This document shows, piece by piece, positions 23,655 through 35,200 of a stretch of 64,000 nt of DNA. A program made the translations under genes and the position numbers. The DNA is from Podarcis muralis (taxonomy: Eukaryota): contig NC_135670.1 in NCBI RefSeq assembly GCF_964188315.1, positions 15,748,001-15,812,000 on the forward strand, written 5' to 3'. Under the pieces are notes generated by a model, which saw nothing but the letters and a program-made list of their open reading frames with translations, made no database searches and had not been told where the DNA came from. How positions within the stretch are numbered: the first letter of the stretch is position 1; each line of letters begins with the position of its first letter.

Positions 23655-24620
23655 ATGGTGAAGATCTTTGTGGGGGGCCTGTCTCCCGTGGTGACGGCCG
23701 AGGAGCTGAGGAAGCTCTTTGAGCAGTACGGGCAGGTGAACGAGTGCGACATCCTCAAGAACTTTGCCTTTGTGCACATGGAGAAGGAGGACGAGGCCCA
23801 CCAGGCCATCAGCGCCCTGCACAAGAGCGAGTTCTACGGGGCCCACCTGACGGTGGAATACGCCACCTCCAAGATCCGAAACGCCACCAAGATCTATGTG
23901 GGGAACGTCTCCGCTAAGGCCACCACCTCCCAGATCCGCCAGCTCTTTGAGAGGTTCGGCAAAGTGGTGGAGTGCGACATCGTCAAGAACTACGCCTTCG
24001 TCCACATGGCCAAGGAGAGGGAGGCCATGGATGCCATCTTGAACCTCAACGACACACCTCTGGAGGACCAGAAAATCTTCGTCACCCTTTCCAAGAGCAA
24101 CAGCTCCCTGCGGGCCGCCAAGGGGGCGGCAGCAGCAGCAGCAGTGCCCACCCCGCCTCCCCCGTCCCCAAGCTACTACTTGTCTAGGGGGCGGATGCCA
24201 CCCCCGCCCCCGGCCTACACCCCCTACTGCCCCCGGGCCTGGTACGACAGGGAGTACTGCGACCGCTACTCGTACGAGCTCTACGACCGGGCCCGGGCCG
24301 CCTACGACCGGGCCTTGCCCCCTCCCCCTGCCGCCTATAGGGAAAGGAGCCCCGTGGGCAGGCGGACAGCTGCCTCCACCGCCGTCGTGGCCCAGTACGC
24401 CGACCCCTACGCAGCCGCCGCTGCTGCGGCTGCCGCCGCTGCCGCCACCGCCGCCGCCAACCAGACCTACAACCCGGCCTACAACCAGCCAGGGTACGCA
24501 GCCGCTGCTGCCGCTGCCGCCACATACTCCCAGTACAGCATAGGAACCGCCTACAACGTGGCGGAGTACTACGAGAGGTACGCCAGCGCATACGCCGCCC
24601 AGTATGCGCAGACCTTCTGA
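23655..24620 (+). CDS. RBM4/RBM14-family RNA-binding protein, 321 aa, two RRMs + Ala/Tyr/Pro low-complexity tail, single coding exon
   Basis: MVKIFVGGL...CDILKNFAFVHM and KIYVGNV...ECDIVKNYAFVHM match RBM4 RNP2/RNP1 motifs. YRERSPVGRR resembles RBM4 YGRDRSPLRR. Strong Kozak GCCATGG, acceptor at 23639, 3' UTR donor at 24643, acceptor at 25381, ATTAAA at 25976-25981. Exact ortholog unresolved, so no symbol. Confidence 0.9.
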   Translation: MVKIFVGGLSPVVTAEELRKLFEQYGQVNECDILKNFAFVHMEKEDEAHQAISALHKSEFYGAHLTVEYATSKIRNATKIYVGNVSAKATTSQIRQLFERFGKVVECDIVKNYAFVHMAKEREAMDAILNLNDTPLEDQKIFVTLSKSNSSLRAAKGAAAAAAVPTPPPPSPSYYLSRGRMPPPPPAYTPYCPRAWYDREYCDRYSYELYDRARAAYDRALPPPPAAYRERSPVGRRTAASTAVVAQYADPYAAAAAAAAAAAATAAANQTYNPAYNQPGYAAAAAAAATYSQYSIGTAYNVAEYYERYASAYAAQYAQTF

Positions 24621-25168
24621 GCACGGTGTGCCTTTTCCGGCAGTAAGTGTCTGGAGGTCCTTGGTTGCTTGGGGTGGGGGGTGGCGGCGGGGTGGGAGGA
24701 AGCAAGGGGTCGTGGGCAGGAGAAGGGATTGCCTCAGAAACACCCCACCTCCTGGGCTTCAGCTCTACGGTGCTGGGGAAACCCAGCCAGATGGGCGGGG
24801 TATAAATAATAAGTTAATATTATTATTACAGTGTATTCTGCTGCATGTGGGCATTTGATTTCTGCACCGTGTCTTCTCCCAGCGATCGAGGCGTTTGCAG
24901 GGACACCTTCTAGACAGGAAAGAAAGAATTTGAGGAGGGTTCAGTGAGGGGCAGGGCCTGGGGAAGATATTGAGGGCCAGATCCAGGCCTGGGGGGCCAC
25001 AGTTGACACGAGCACAGTATTGTCTGTCCTGGCTGGCAGCTGCTGTTTACGGCAGGCTTCGCCAAGCTGTTGCCCTCCAGATGTTAGAGGGAAGGGAAGG
25101 CTTGGGAGGTTGTGGGATCAGCCCAGCAAGGTGGGCTCTCAGCTAGCTGGCAGGCTGGTTGGCCGGCT

Positions 25169-25213
<45 letters not shown>

Positions 25214-26400
25214 ACGGGGTCCAAGATTGTGCCCACTCCCCATGTCTCTCTGTTTGCCTGTGCAAAATACAGTACATAGGATTCAAACCTCTGTGTGTAT
25301 ATGATTCACACTTATTACGTCTGTGTAAATACAGACACACACACGCATGCATGCACCTGAATTGTGTAGATCTCTTTGCAGGCATCGCCACCGCAGTGTC
25401 TGTGAGGCCCGTTGCTGATCACACGCTGACTTTTTACTCCAGCTTCCTTCCAAGGTTGGTGATGCTGCATTATTTTTACCCCTTATCCTCCGTCCTTCCT
25501 GCCCTCTCGCCTTTTTCTTCCTTCACCCTCTTTCCTTTTTTTTTTTTTGATCCGGTCGTTACCTTTTTGTTAAAAAAAAAAAAAACCTGCTTCGAAGACC
25601 CGCCGCCTGCCTCGCCAACCCCCGCCTTTCGAACCCGCCGTGAGCCGAAGACGGTTTTGCTCGTAGAAACGTGCCCGCTTTTTTGAACTCTCCTCGTGCC
25701 CGGAGCAGCGGGCGTTTGCCAACCTCCGAACTCTCTGCCGGCTAATTCTTTGCTTGCCCCGTGGTGTTGCTGCCTGCCGAACCTCTGACCCCCGTGTCGC
25801 CCAGATCTCTGCCGGGCTCCTGAGCCGGGGAGAGAGGCCTCCCTTTGCTTCTGCTGTATTCCTGGGTACTGTTCTGTTCTGTTCTGTTTGTTGCCTTTGT
25901 ACAATCGGTTAATGGAGCTTGTTCCTGTCGTGGCAACTCGTTTGCTTTTTCCCCTTATTTTTTTAAATGTCGATCATTAAATGGCTTTTACAGAACCTCT
26001 CGCGTCTCGTCGTGAAATTACACCCACCCCAATCCCCGCCGCCGCCCGACTTCGCCTCTGCCTTCGATTTCCTCCACCCCACTTTCTGCATGGGGCGGGA
26101 GGGAATTGCCCATTCTTGCTGATCTCTACCGCATCGCCCTGTCCCCAAGTTTACTTCCTGCCTTCCCTCCCTCTGCTTTCCCTCCAGAGTGATCCTCTCT
26201 TTGGGCTCTGCCTCTCTCTTTGCCGCCACTAACTCCATCCGTCCGTCCGTCTCGCTCGGAGAGTTAGGGAACCATTGTCAAATCCGCAGCAAATTCTGGC
26301 TCCCGTCTGTGGGGCTGACTAACGCAGCCTGGGCTGGGCGTCTTGCAGTTTTTTAACCCTGTTTTTTCTCCCTCCATTGACTTTCTCTTTCTGTGGACAG

Positions 26401-27587
26401 CTGCTTCTGGAAGGCGACCTCGGGCAGGCAGAGCTGACCCGAAGCGACTCAGCGCCACCAGCCAGTCGAGAAGAAGGCGAAACTCCTGCAAGCGAACCTT
26501 CGGCCTCTTGCACTCGTAGCGTAGGCACTGGGAAGGAATGGGGTGTTTGGGCAGGGGTGAGCGAGGGGCCTGGAAAGAGGGGGGTTGTCTGGGTTAGGGT
26601 ACTACTGCAAGATGTTTTCCCCTCGCCTTCCTCCCCCCAGGCGGAAAGACCACTCAGGAGGGTGCGGGCGTGATCTGCCCCTGGGCTGGGGTGCCCGGTC
26701 CGGTTCTTTCTGCGGAGAGACAGCTGGGGTTGTCTGGGTTAGGAGACAGAGCCTTCCTGTCCTTGGGTTCCCATTTGCTCTGCCCCAAAGGGTTGGTTTT
26801 GTCTCTCTGAAAGGTAAGCAGAAGGACGGAGCCTCCGAGGTGTAAAGAAAATAGTCCGCTTGCTGCCTGGTCCCACTCGTTTGTTTTAGACCCCTCTTTG
26901 TCTTGCTGTCAGCTGACGGATCCCCCGACAGCAGAGCCAGATCTCGGGACCTCATGATGTGGGGAAGCCTGTGAGGTAAGCAAGCTGTTTCTCCCCCCCA
27001 CCCCGCCTCGGCTGGGGCTGAGGGAGGGGTGGTCTTTTGCGGAGCCAAAGCTGGAAGGGGGTGGGGAGCAGCTCTTGCAGGAGAAGCCTTCAGCTCCAAA
27101 CTCCCCACCCCACTAGCTTGTACGTGACCTTTCTTCGGTGTCCTCTGGGGACCCTCAATCATTAGAAGCCAAGGCAAGAGACAGATGTTTGTGGATCCCT
27201 TGAGGGGACACCTCTATCCCCATCTCCTCCTCACAAAGCAATACAGTTGTCCCTTGGAAGTCAAGCAGAATCTGTTCCGGGAGGTCCATTCAACGTCCAA
27301 AACGTTCAGAAACCAAATTGCGGCTTCTGATTGGTTGCAGGAAGCTCCTGCAGCCAATCGGAAGCCCCGCCGGACATTTGGGTTCCAAAGAACGTACGCA
27401 AACCGGAACAACCACTTTCCGGGTTTGCGGCGTTCGGGAGCCAAAATGTCCTAGTTCCAGGGCATTCAACAACCAAGATACGACTGTACTTGTGCCCCCG
27501 ACCCCTGCTTTCCCTCCTCCCTGGGTTCTCCCTTATCCTCCAAGTGGGGCCATGAGCTTCACCCTTTGAGCTGTGGTACGGCAAGAG
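26401..27587 (+). ncRNA. Chain of putative non-coding exons (26401-26556, 26641-26813, 26913-26975, 27545-27587)
   Basis: Each has a pyrimidine-rich AG acceptor and a GTGAGC/GTAAGC/GTAAGC/GTGAGT donor. Introns are 84, 99 and about 570 nt. The one spliced frame I followed stops at 26671-26673. Splice-site prediction only. Confidence 0.35.
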
Positions 27588-29012
27588 GTGAGTTTGCACC
27601 TCCCTGGCTTGGCTGGGGCTTGTAGGACGCAGAATCACAACCCCCCATGATTGTGTGGGTTTCACTTCCTGGCATGAACTCCTGTCTGGGTGACAGTGAA
27701 AGCAGGTTGGCACAAGGACCCCCAAAGAGACGGCTTTTCATCCATGTGGCCCTCGCTCCCCAGCTCTGGCCACTTGGCACAGGATCGTGCTGGAGTTGGG
27801 ACTCCAGCCGGCAGCGCGGCCTAATGGTCAGAGATCCCTGGAGTTGGCCAGGTACGGAGAGCTCCCACAGGTGCTTTGAGGGAAGGAAGAGGAAGCAGAT
27901 GACGAAGGGGGTGACCCGAGAGGGAAAGAAGCAGGAGTTTTCCCTAGTGGTTGCTGTTTCTGCTGCCGCACGGTCTTCCCACACGTAGCAGCAGCGTAGG
28001 GGAATAAAACGGATAGAGAAAAGTTTTTATCCCTCCCTTGGAAGTCATGGGCATCCACAGAAGCTGGATGCTGGAAGATTGAGGGCAAGGTCCTTCACAC
28101 TGCACACAGTTAAACTGTGGAACTCCCTTCCACAGGAGGCAGTGATGACCACCAACTTGGATGGCTTTAAAAGGGAATTGGACAGATTCATAGAGGAGGA
28201 TGCAATAAGCCATGATGGCCATTACTCTGCCTCCTGGGAGGCAGCAATGCTTCTGAATACCAGTTGCTGGAAACCACAGGAGGGGAGAATTGCTCTTGAA
28301 CTCATGTCCTGTTTGTGGGTTCTCCAATGGGGAATGGCTGGCCACTGTGAGAACAGGATGCTGGACTAGATGGGCCATCTTCAGCCTGATTCAGCAGGCT
28401 CTTACTCCATTCCTTAGGAGAAAATGCTTTTAATGGTAACTCCCAGTGATTGCAGAAAGGAAGCTGCTGCAGCGTACAAACCCAACCTGCCAGGGGGAAG
28501 GGCAGAGCGGAGGAGGCAGGTGAGCAGGGATTGGGTGGAGCAAGTGAGCTCCCTGCTGGCTATGTGAAAAGTGAGAAGCTTCCACAGCCGGTCTTCTCCA
28601 TCCTCCAGACATCACCAGAGTTCAGGGATGCATCCCAGCCAAGAAATGAAACTTTGGAGCAGGGCTTAGGGATAACCTTGAGGGTTAGATTGGAGCCTGG
28701 AGGGCGACTTTTGACTCCTAAGCTATCTGTAGGCCCTGGGGAGTGGGGCTTGAGATCTCATGGAGCACCAAGGAACATCACGAGTGCCTGAGAAATTAAA
28801 ACAGCTTTTAAAATTGGTGCCTGTGACTGTGTGTTTTGCTTCCCTGTCCCCCATCCCCTGCTTCCATTGACTGCTGGCGGTGAGAGGGGACAGCCCACCC
28901 CCCGCACCCGCCGTGCCCCATGCTTCTTTGGCCTGAAACAACTCTCCTGTTTTCGTAGCCCGGTGGCTGAGAATTATCTGCACCCTTCCCTAAACCGTGT
29001 TCTTTATTATTA

Positions 29013-29254
29013 CAGTGGTACCTCAGGTTACATACGCTTCAGGTTACATACGCTTCAGGTTACAGACTCCGCTAACCCAGAAATAGTGCTTCAGGTTAAG
29101 AACTTTGCTTCAGGATGAGAACAGAAATCGGGCTCTGGCGGCACAGTGGCAGCAGGAGGCCCCATTAGCTAACGTGGTGCTTCAGGTTAAGAACAGTTTC
29201 AGGTTAAGAACAGACCTCCGGAACAAATTAAGTACTTAACCCGAGGTACCACTG
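29013..29254. mobile_element. Tc1/mariner-like MITE
   Basis: TA-flanked, TIR cagtggtacctc(a/g)ggtt; opposite orientation to the 1505 copy. Confidence 0.88.
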
Positions 29255-30892
29255 TATTGTGTTTTCTTCCAAGCAGCTCATCAAGGTGGCGTACATGGTT
29301 CTCCCCTTCCTCATTTAATCCCCACCACAACCCTGTGAGGGAGGTTCGGCTGAGAGGCAGTGAGCTTCGTGGGTGGGTGGGGGATTCGAACCCTAGTCTC
29401 CCAGGTCCTGGTCTGACACTCTTTAACCACAACACCACTGCCACCACTGGCTCTTGTGGGGGGGAAATAGCTGTGTGTATGTTTCCAGGGTTGGGCAGTA
29501 CCTGTTGGCTGGGGCTGATGGGAGTTGTAGTCTGAGGACACCTGGGGGGGAGATAACAGGCTGCCCTAGAGCATGCCCTGCACCCCCCGCCATCATATGT
29601 GTGCCAGATTTAAGGTGTGCCAGAAAGGAAGCACCCCAAGTACAGTCTGCAACAGGTTAAGTCACTGGAGCATCAGCCTAGGGACGCAGAAGGCCTATCA
29701 AGCCTTCTGCCTTGAAACTGAGAAGAAACATCAGTTTGGCCTTGTGTTTTTGTGGCCTCCCCCACCCCCCAGCTCCTGCAGGGTTGGACCCAAAGATGAA
29801 TGCAGACGTCAGGACAAAAAGATCAGCCCCCCCCCCCCATCTAGCCTCCCCGCTGTCAAATGCAGGAACTACAACCTCAAATTCCAGGTTCCCTACCTTG
29901 GGACAAGAACCCAGCATGGTGTGTTTGGGTGGGCAGGGGGAGTCCCAAAGCCTCGTAACACTTCTCCCCCCACCCCCGAAATAACCCTTCTTCGGTATGT
30001 GAAGAGGTGGGGGGAAACTGCCTCCTAATATTTTAAAAGAGCTATAATTTATAGAGCATTTTTCACTCTATATCTCTGAAATTTGGAAGAGTGAATTTTA
30101 TAATGTGATGCCAGGGAGAATTACTGGAACCACCACCTCTTGGCTTGGATTAAGCAGATCCGTCCTTCCGATAGGCTGATTGCTGCTCTCTTCTTGAACA
30201 TTGTAAGAAATAGCTTACCGTAAAGACATTTTAAGGATGTGACCCTCTGCACATTTTAACTTTGGAGTCTACTGATGAACTCTGCGGACCTTGTTTCTAA
30301 GTAAACACGGATCCTATAGGTCTCTGTTGCCCCTCTTAACCTACAGATTGTTACTGTTGTTAATTATTATGATTAACATTAACATGTATGGCCCACTCTT
30401 CACTAGCAGGTCCCAGGGCAGCTTAAGCGAAAATTCTGAATTAAAAATAGTTAAAACAGATGGCAATCGCAGGAACAGGCTGGGCCCTGGAACACAAGGG
30501 CCCCTTCCCCCAATTTCAGCTGTGCGTTTTACAAAATGCAAAATAGTTAAAATGCACTTTCTCCTCTCTTGTATTAAAGTTCCCTAGGTGGGAAGAGAAC
30601 CAAAAGTTGACCGAGTTCCTGGGCAGATTCAGGCTTCAGGGCAGATTAAAAAAAAGAACTTACTCATGCAGCACATATCTGACGTATAGGAGGCAGTGAT
30701 AGCTACCAACTTGGATGGCTTTAAAGGAAGATGAGACAGATTCATGGAGGAAAAGGCTATTGATGGCTACTAGCCAGGATGGCTCTGTTCTGGCTCCGGG
30801 AGGGGAGAGGGCTCTGGTGCTCAAGTCCTGCTTGCAGGTTTCCTCAAAAAAAAAAAAAAAAAAAAAGACCCGTGCAGGCAATAGCTTATAAA

Positions 30893-31242
30893 GGTAAAGG
30901 GACCCCTGACTATTAGGTCCAGTCGTGGCCGACTCGGGGGTTGCGGCGCTCATCTCGCTTTATTGGCTGAGGGAGCCGGCGTACAGCTTCTGGGTCATGT
31001 GGCCAGCATGACTAAGCCGCTTCTGGCGAACCAGAGCAGCGCACGGAAACGCCGTTTACCTTCCCGCTGGAGCGGTACCTATTTATCTACTTGCACTTTG
31101 ACGTGCTTTCGAACTGCTAGGTTGGCAGGAGCAGGGACCGAGCAACGGGAGCTCACCCTGTTGTGGGGATTCGAACCGCTGACCTTCTGATCGGCAAGTC
31201 CTAGGCTCTGTGCTTTAACCCACAGCACCACCCGCGTCCCAC
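30893..31242 (-). mobile_element. Sauria SINE with TSD agcttataaa
   Basis: TSD at 30883-30892 and 31243-31252. Confidence 0.92.
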
Positions 31243-31431
31243 AGCTTATAAATCACTGCAATAAGATTTGTTCCAATGACATTGTTTGCAATAAAAACCA
31301 ACTGTTTGGGCGTCAGTAGGGAGGCTTGGTCAGTTGCCGACAGAAAAAGGATGCATAACTGAAAAAGCGAACGATGTGAAACAGATAAATACCGGAAATC
31401 TCTATAATTTATTGGAGAAGCAAGTTTTGTA

Positions 31432-31511
31432 CAGGGTGAGTCTTTTAAAAGAGGCCCCGTGGAACATGTGTACTCTGTATCCACAGGGCCTCTTTTAAAG
31501 GACTCGCCCTG
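31432..31511. mobile_element. 80-bp mariner-type MITE (near-perfect hairpin)
   Basis: TA-flanked; arms cagggtgagtcttttaaaagaggccc / gggcctcttttaaaggactcgccctg. Confidence 0.8.
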
Positions 31512-31687
31512 TATAAGCCTGTGAAAATGACAAGGAAAAGTTTTATTTATGGAGAAGCAAGTTTTAAAACATGGAAAGCTCCCGGGGGATCAAATTTTGT
31601 TGGAACAAATCTTACTGCTGTAATTTATAAGCTGCTGCCTGCATGGGTTGTTTTCTCTTCCCCCCCAAACTCACACATGCAGTTTGG

Positions 31688-31923
31688 ATTTGGATTTGAT
31701 ATCCTGCTTTATCACTACCCTAAGGAGTCTCAAAGCGGCTAACATTCTCCTTTCCCTTCCTCCCCCACAACAAACACTCTGTGAGGTGAGTGGGGCTGAG
31801 AGACTTCAGAGAAGTGTGACTGGCCCTAGGTCACCCAGCAGTTGCATGTGGAGGAGCGGGGAAGCGAACCCGGTTCACCAGATTACGAGTCTACCGCTCT
31901 TAACCACTGCACCACACTGGCTC
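31688..31923 (-). mobile_element. tRNA-derived MIR/L2-type SINE
   Basis: Reverse complement begins gagccagtgtggtgcagtggttaagagcggtagactc; same family as 39794-40030. Confidence 0.85.
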
Positions 31924-32274
31924 AGTTCCTGAGTTTGATGGAGGTTTCCTAGAAGAGTCACCAGGTTGGCCACTGTGAGAAAAGAATGATGGACAAGGGA
32001 GGCCCTCGGCCTGATCCAGCATGTTCTACGTTCGTCCAGGCGCAGTGGGAATAAACCAAGACACACGGGTGGAAAGGAGATTTACAAACATGTATTGTTT
32101 TTACAGTGCGGCCTGAGTTCCCAACAAAAGTGAGGCAGGGTTCGGGTGAAGTCAAGGGGCTGGATCTGTTCCGGGCAGCTTATGCCAGAGTGGGGCTGTG
32201 GAAGCAAACGGCCATTCTGCTCCCAAGCTGACGCACGGCCACTGCGGGTGGAGTGGGGGGTTCGGAAGCCCCAC

Positions 32275-35200
32275 TCACAGCTGTAGATGCTTCAGGTGCA
32301 GCTGGAAGATTTCCTCGGCCCTCTGGAGGTACTCTGCTGTCTTCTTCTTCACGGCCTCCCTCCGGGCTGCGTCGGGGTCCCCTGAAAGAAGGGAGGAGCG
32401 GGTCTTGGCTGATTGCTACAACCCTCCTGGCAACAAAAGGGTGGGAGGGCAGTGGCTTAGCGGTTAGAGGAATCTGCCTTGCATGCCCAAAGCCCAACAA
32501 AGACGAGTAACAGGACAGATGAAATTAAGTACATAGTCAAACCTCTGGAACTCACGTCTGCAGCAGGCAGTGATGACTAGGGCTGGGCAACATCTGGTTT
32601 TCATCATTGCGATATATCGCCAGCTAAGCATCGCAATATACTGATATATCACGATGTCTGAAATAAGCTTGGAGCTATGTAGAGGCATTGGACGGGCTCC
32701 ACGTGTTTTTACCGCATTGTGATATTTGCATTGCGCGCCCACACGTCGTGATTCACGATAAATTGGCAGGTCAAAAATTATGAAACCATTTCCCTCCCTT
32801 ATTTTTGAGGTTTTTTCTTGCAATCAACCAGTATATAAATCTTTTGAAATAAATAAAGGAGATTAAAGTGAGGGGGGGCAGGCAGGATGCCCTCAGAGAC
32901 CTTGAAAAGGCAAAGTTTACAGCCACGTTTACTTGGAAGCAAGCCTCAGCGAGTTGAAATGGGCTGACTTCCTAGAAGCCACATGGACTTGTGGCTCTGA
33001 CTCTTGGAGACCAATTCCCAGGCCCTCCACATGGGGAAAAGCCAGGTGTCCAGGGGGAGAGGAGCTGGAATATAGTTTGGGGACCAGGCATCGCCCGCTA
33101 CCTTGCAGTCCCTGCAGCAAGAGGTCAACGCCGCTGCGGTAGCCACAGAAAGCCTCCTTGTAGTCCTTGGCAGCTTCACTCTCCAAGGCCTGCCTGATGC
33201 GCTCTGTGGCCAACGGCAGGTAACTGCCTGGGTCCGACGCAGCAGCTCCTTCCTGGGCTACCTGGCCCGCTCCTGCGCTGGGGGCAGAAAGCGCTGGTCC
33301 ATGTCCTGAGGCAGCGAGAGCAGCCAGCTCTTCCTCGTGGGAGAGGCTGGCTGCACCGGGGTCTGGACAGAACAAAGAAAAATGTTATTTATCTATTAAC
33401 ATTTGCACACCACTGCAGCTTTTGAAAAAAGAGAAAAGAAAATCACAACGGCTTGCGGCAGTGGTGTCCAAACTTTTTTTAGGGTTGAAGTTGTTGAGGG
33501 TTTTTTTAAAGGATTTTACCCCTGGGGCCGGATTAAACCAGCCAGCGGGCCGGATTAGGACCCCAAAACCTTGGACATGCCTGGCTTACGGCAATAAAAC
33601 CGTACAATGAAACTATTAAAAAGTTAAAAACAGATCTCAATGAACCGTTGCAGAACGATGCATTTTTAACTGCCTACACCAGGGGTCTGCAACCTTTAAG
33701 ACAAAAAGAGCCACTTGGACCCGTTTCCGAAGAAAAAACAACAACTGGGAGCCGCAAAACCATTGCGACATTTAAAACAAATATATCTCCGGAGCCGCGA
33801 TCTAACAGCGGGCGGGAAGGTGACGTCGGGACGGTGCGTGACTAACGCACGCACCGCCCCCATGCGACGTCACAGCCAGTACAGCGCCCGCCACAGTGAG
33901 GAGTGTCGGGGCGCACAATGCGCCTCCTCCCCTCGCTAGTATCCGCCCCAGAGCCGCGGCAAAGATGTAAAAGAGCCACATGCGGCTCCAGAGCCGCGGG
34001 TTGCAGACCCCTGGCCTACACAGATACAGTGGAATAGAAAAGTCTCCAGCAGGCATTTAAAAGTTGGCACAAAAGGCGCCTGCTGAATCTGTAGTGGAAG
34101 GGAGTTTCACAGGACCGGGCCAACAACACTGAAGGCTCAGGTTCTTCTTGTTGTCAAATGAGCCTTGCAGCTCTGGGAATAACCAGCGACACTCCTGCAG
34201 ATGACCTCAGTGGCCAAACTGGGATATAAGGGTCCAAGTGGTCCCTGCAGTACCCTGGACCAAAGTTGTTTTGTAAATTAATGAAAGGGCCTTGAACCTG
34301 GCTCAGCTGTTTTAACAAGGCTGTCACATGTTCTTGGTCAGATGCTCCCATCAGCAGTCTAGTTGCTGCATTCTGCACCAGCTGGAGCTTTCGAACCAGG
34401 CCCAAGGGCAGCCCCACACAAAGCACATTGCAGTAGTCCAGCTTCACATACAGTGGTCAGGCTATACCTGACCAGGAACGGCCATAGCTAGCAAACCAAG
34501 GAGGATGATTTGGCCCCTAAGATGTAACCAGGAGTACCCTGCAAGCCATGTACTTGCTCCATCCAGAATACTTCCCACTGCTGAGTATCGTGGCAACAGT
34601 ACAGAAAAACTAAAAATCTCAACAATGCAAATTGCTTGCTGGTCATCTTCCTGGAACCGGATCAGTGTTCAGAAGTGGGGCGGGACCCTGCAACTTGGCT
34701 ACCTATATCCTACATGGTCCAGGGGCCCCCTCTCCGCCGCTTGGCGTTTGAGCCCACCTACCTTCCTTTGAGAAGGGATCAAACAGGGCTAACTCCTGGA
34801 GCGACAAGGGGCCGCGGGAGGGCGACCCCAGACCCTTCTCGCCTTCCTCCTCCTCTTCATCGCCGCCAAAGGCAAAGAGAGCATCCAAGGCCTCATCGTC
34901 ACACTTCTCGGGTGAGGAGGGCCTCCCTGTGGAGGGGACACTGATCAGTGCAAGGCATTGATAACCCCAATCCAGAAAACGCCTAGAGCAGGGGTCAGCA
35001 AACGTTTTCAGCAGGGGGCCAGTCCCCTGTCCATCAGACCTTGTGGGGGGCCGGACTATATATATTTAAAAGAACCAATTCCTATGCCCCACAAATAACC
35101 CAGAGATGCATTTTAAATAAAAGCACACATTCTACTCATGTAAAAACACTAGGCAGGCCCCACAAATAACCCAGAGATGTATTTTAAATAAAAGGACACA

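Noticed and set aside
23646-24743. 365-aa antisense ORF over the RBM4-like CDS
   Set aside because: Antisense shadow of a GC3-rich coding exon; no independent gene signals.
25400-30400. snoRNA host gene hypothesis for the non-coding exon chain
   Set aside because: I found no properly spaced box C (RTGATGA) and box D (CTGA) pair with a terminal stem, and no convincing H/ACA, in the introns.
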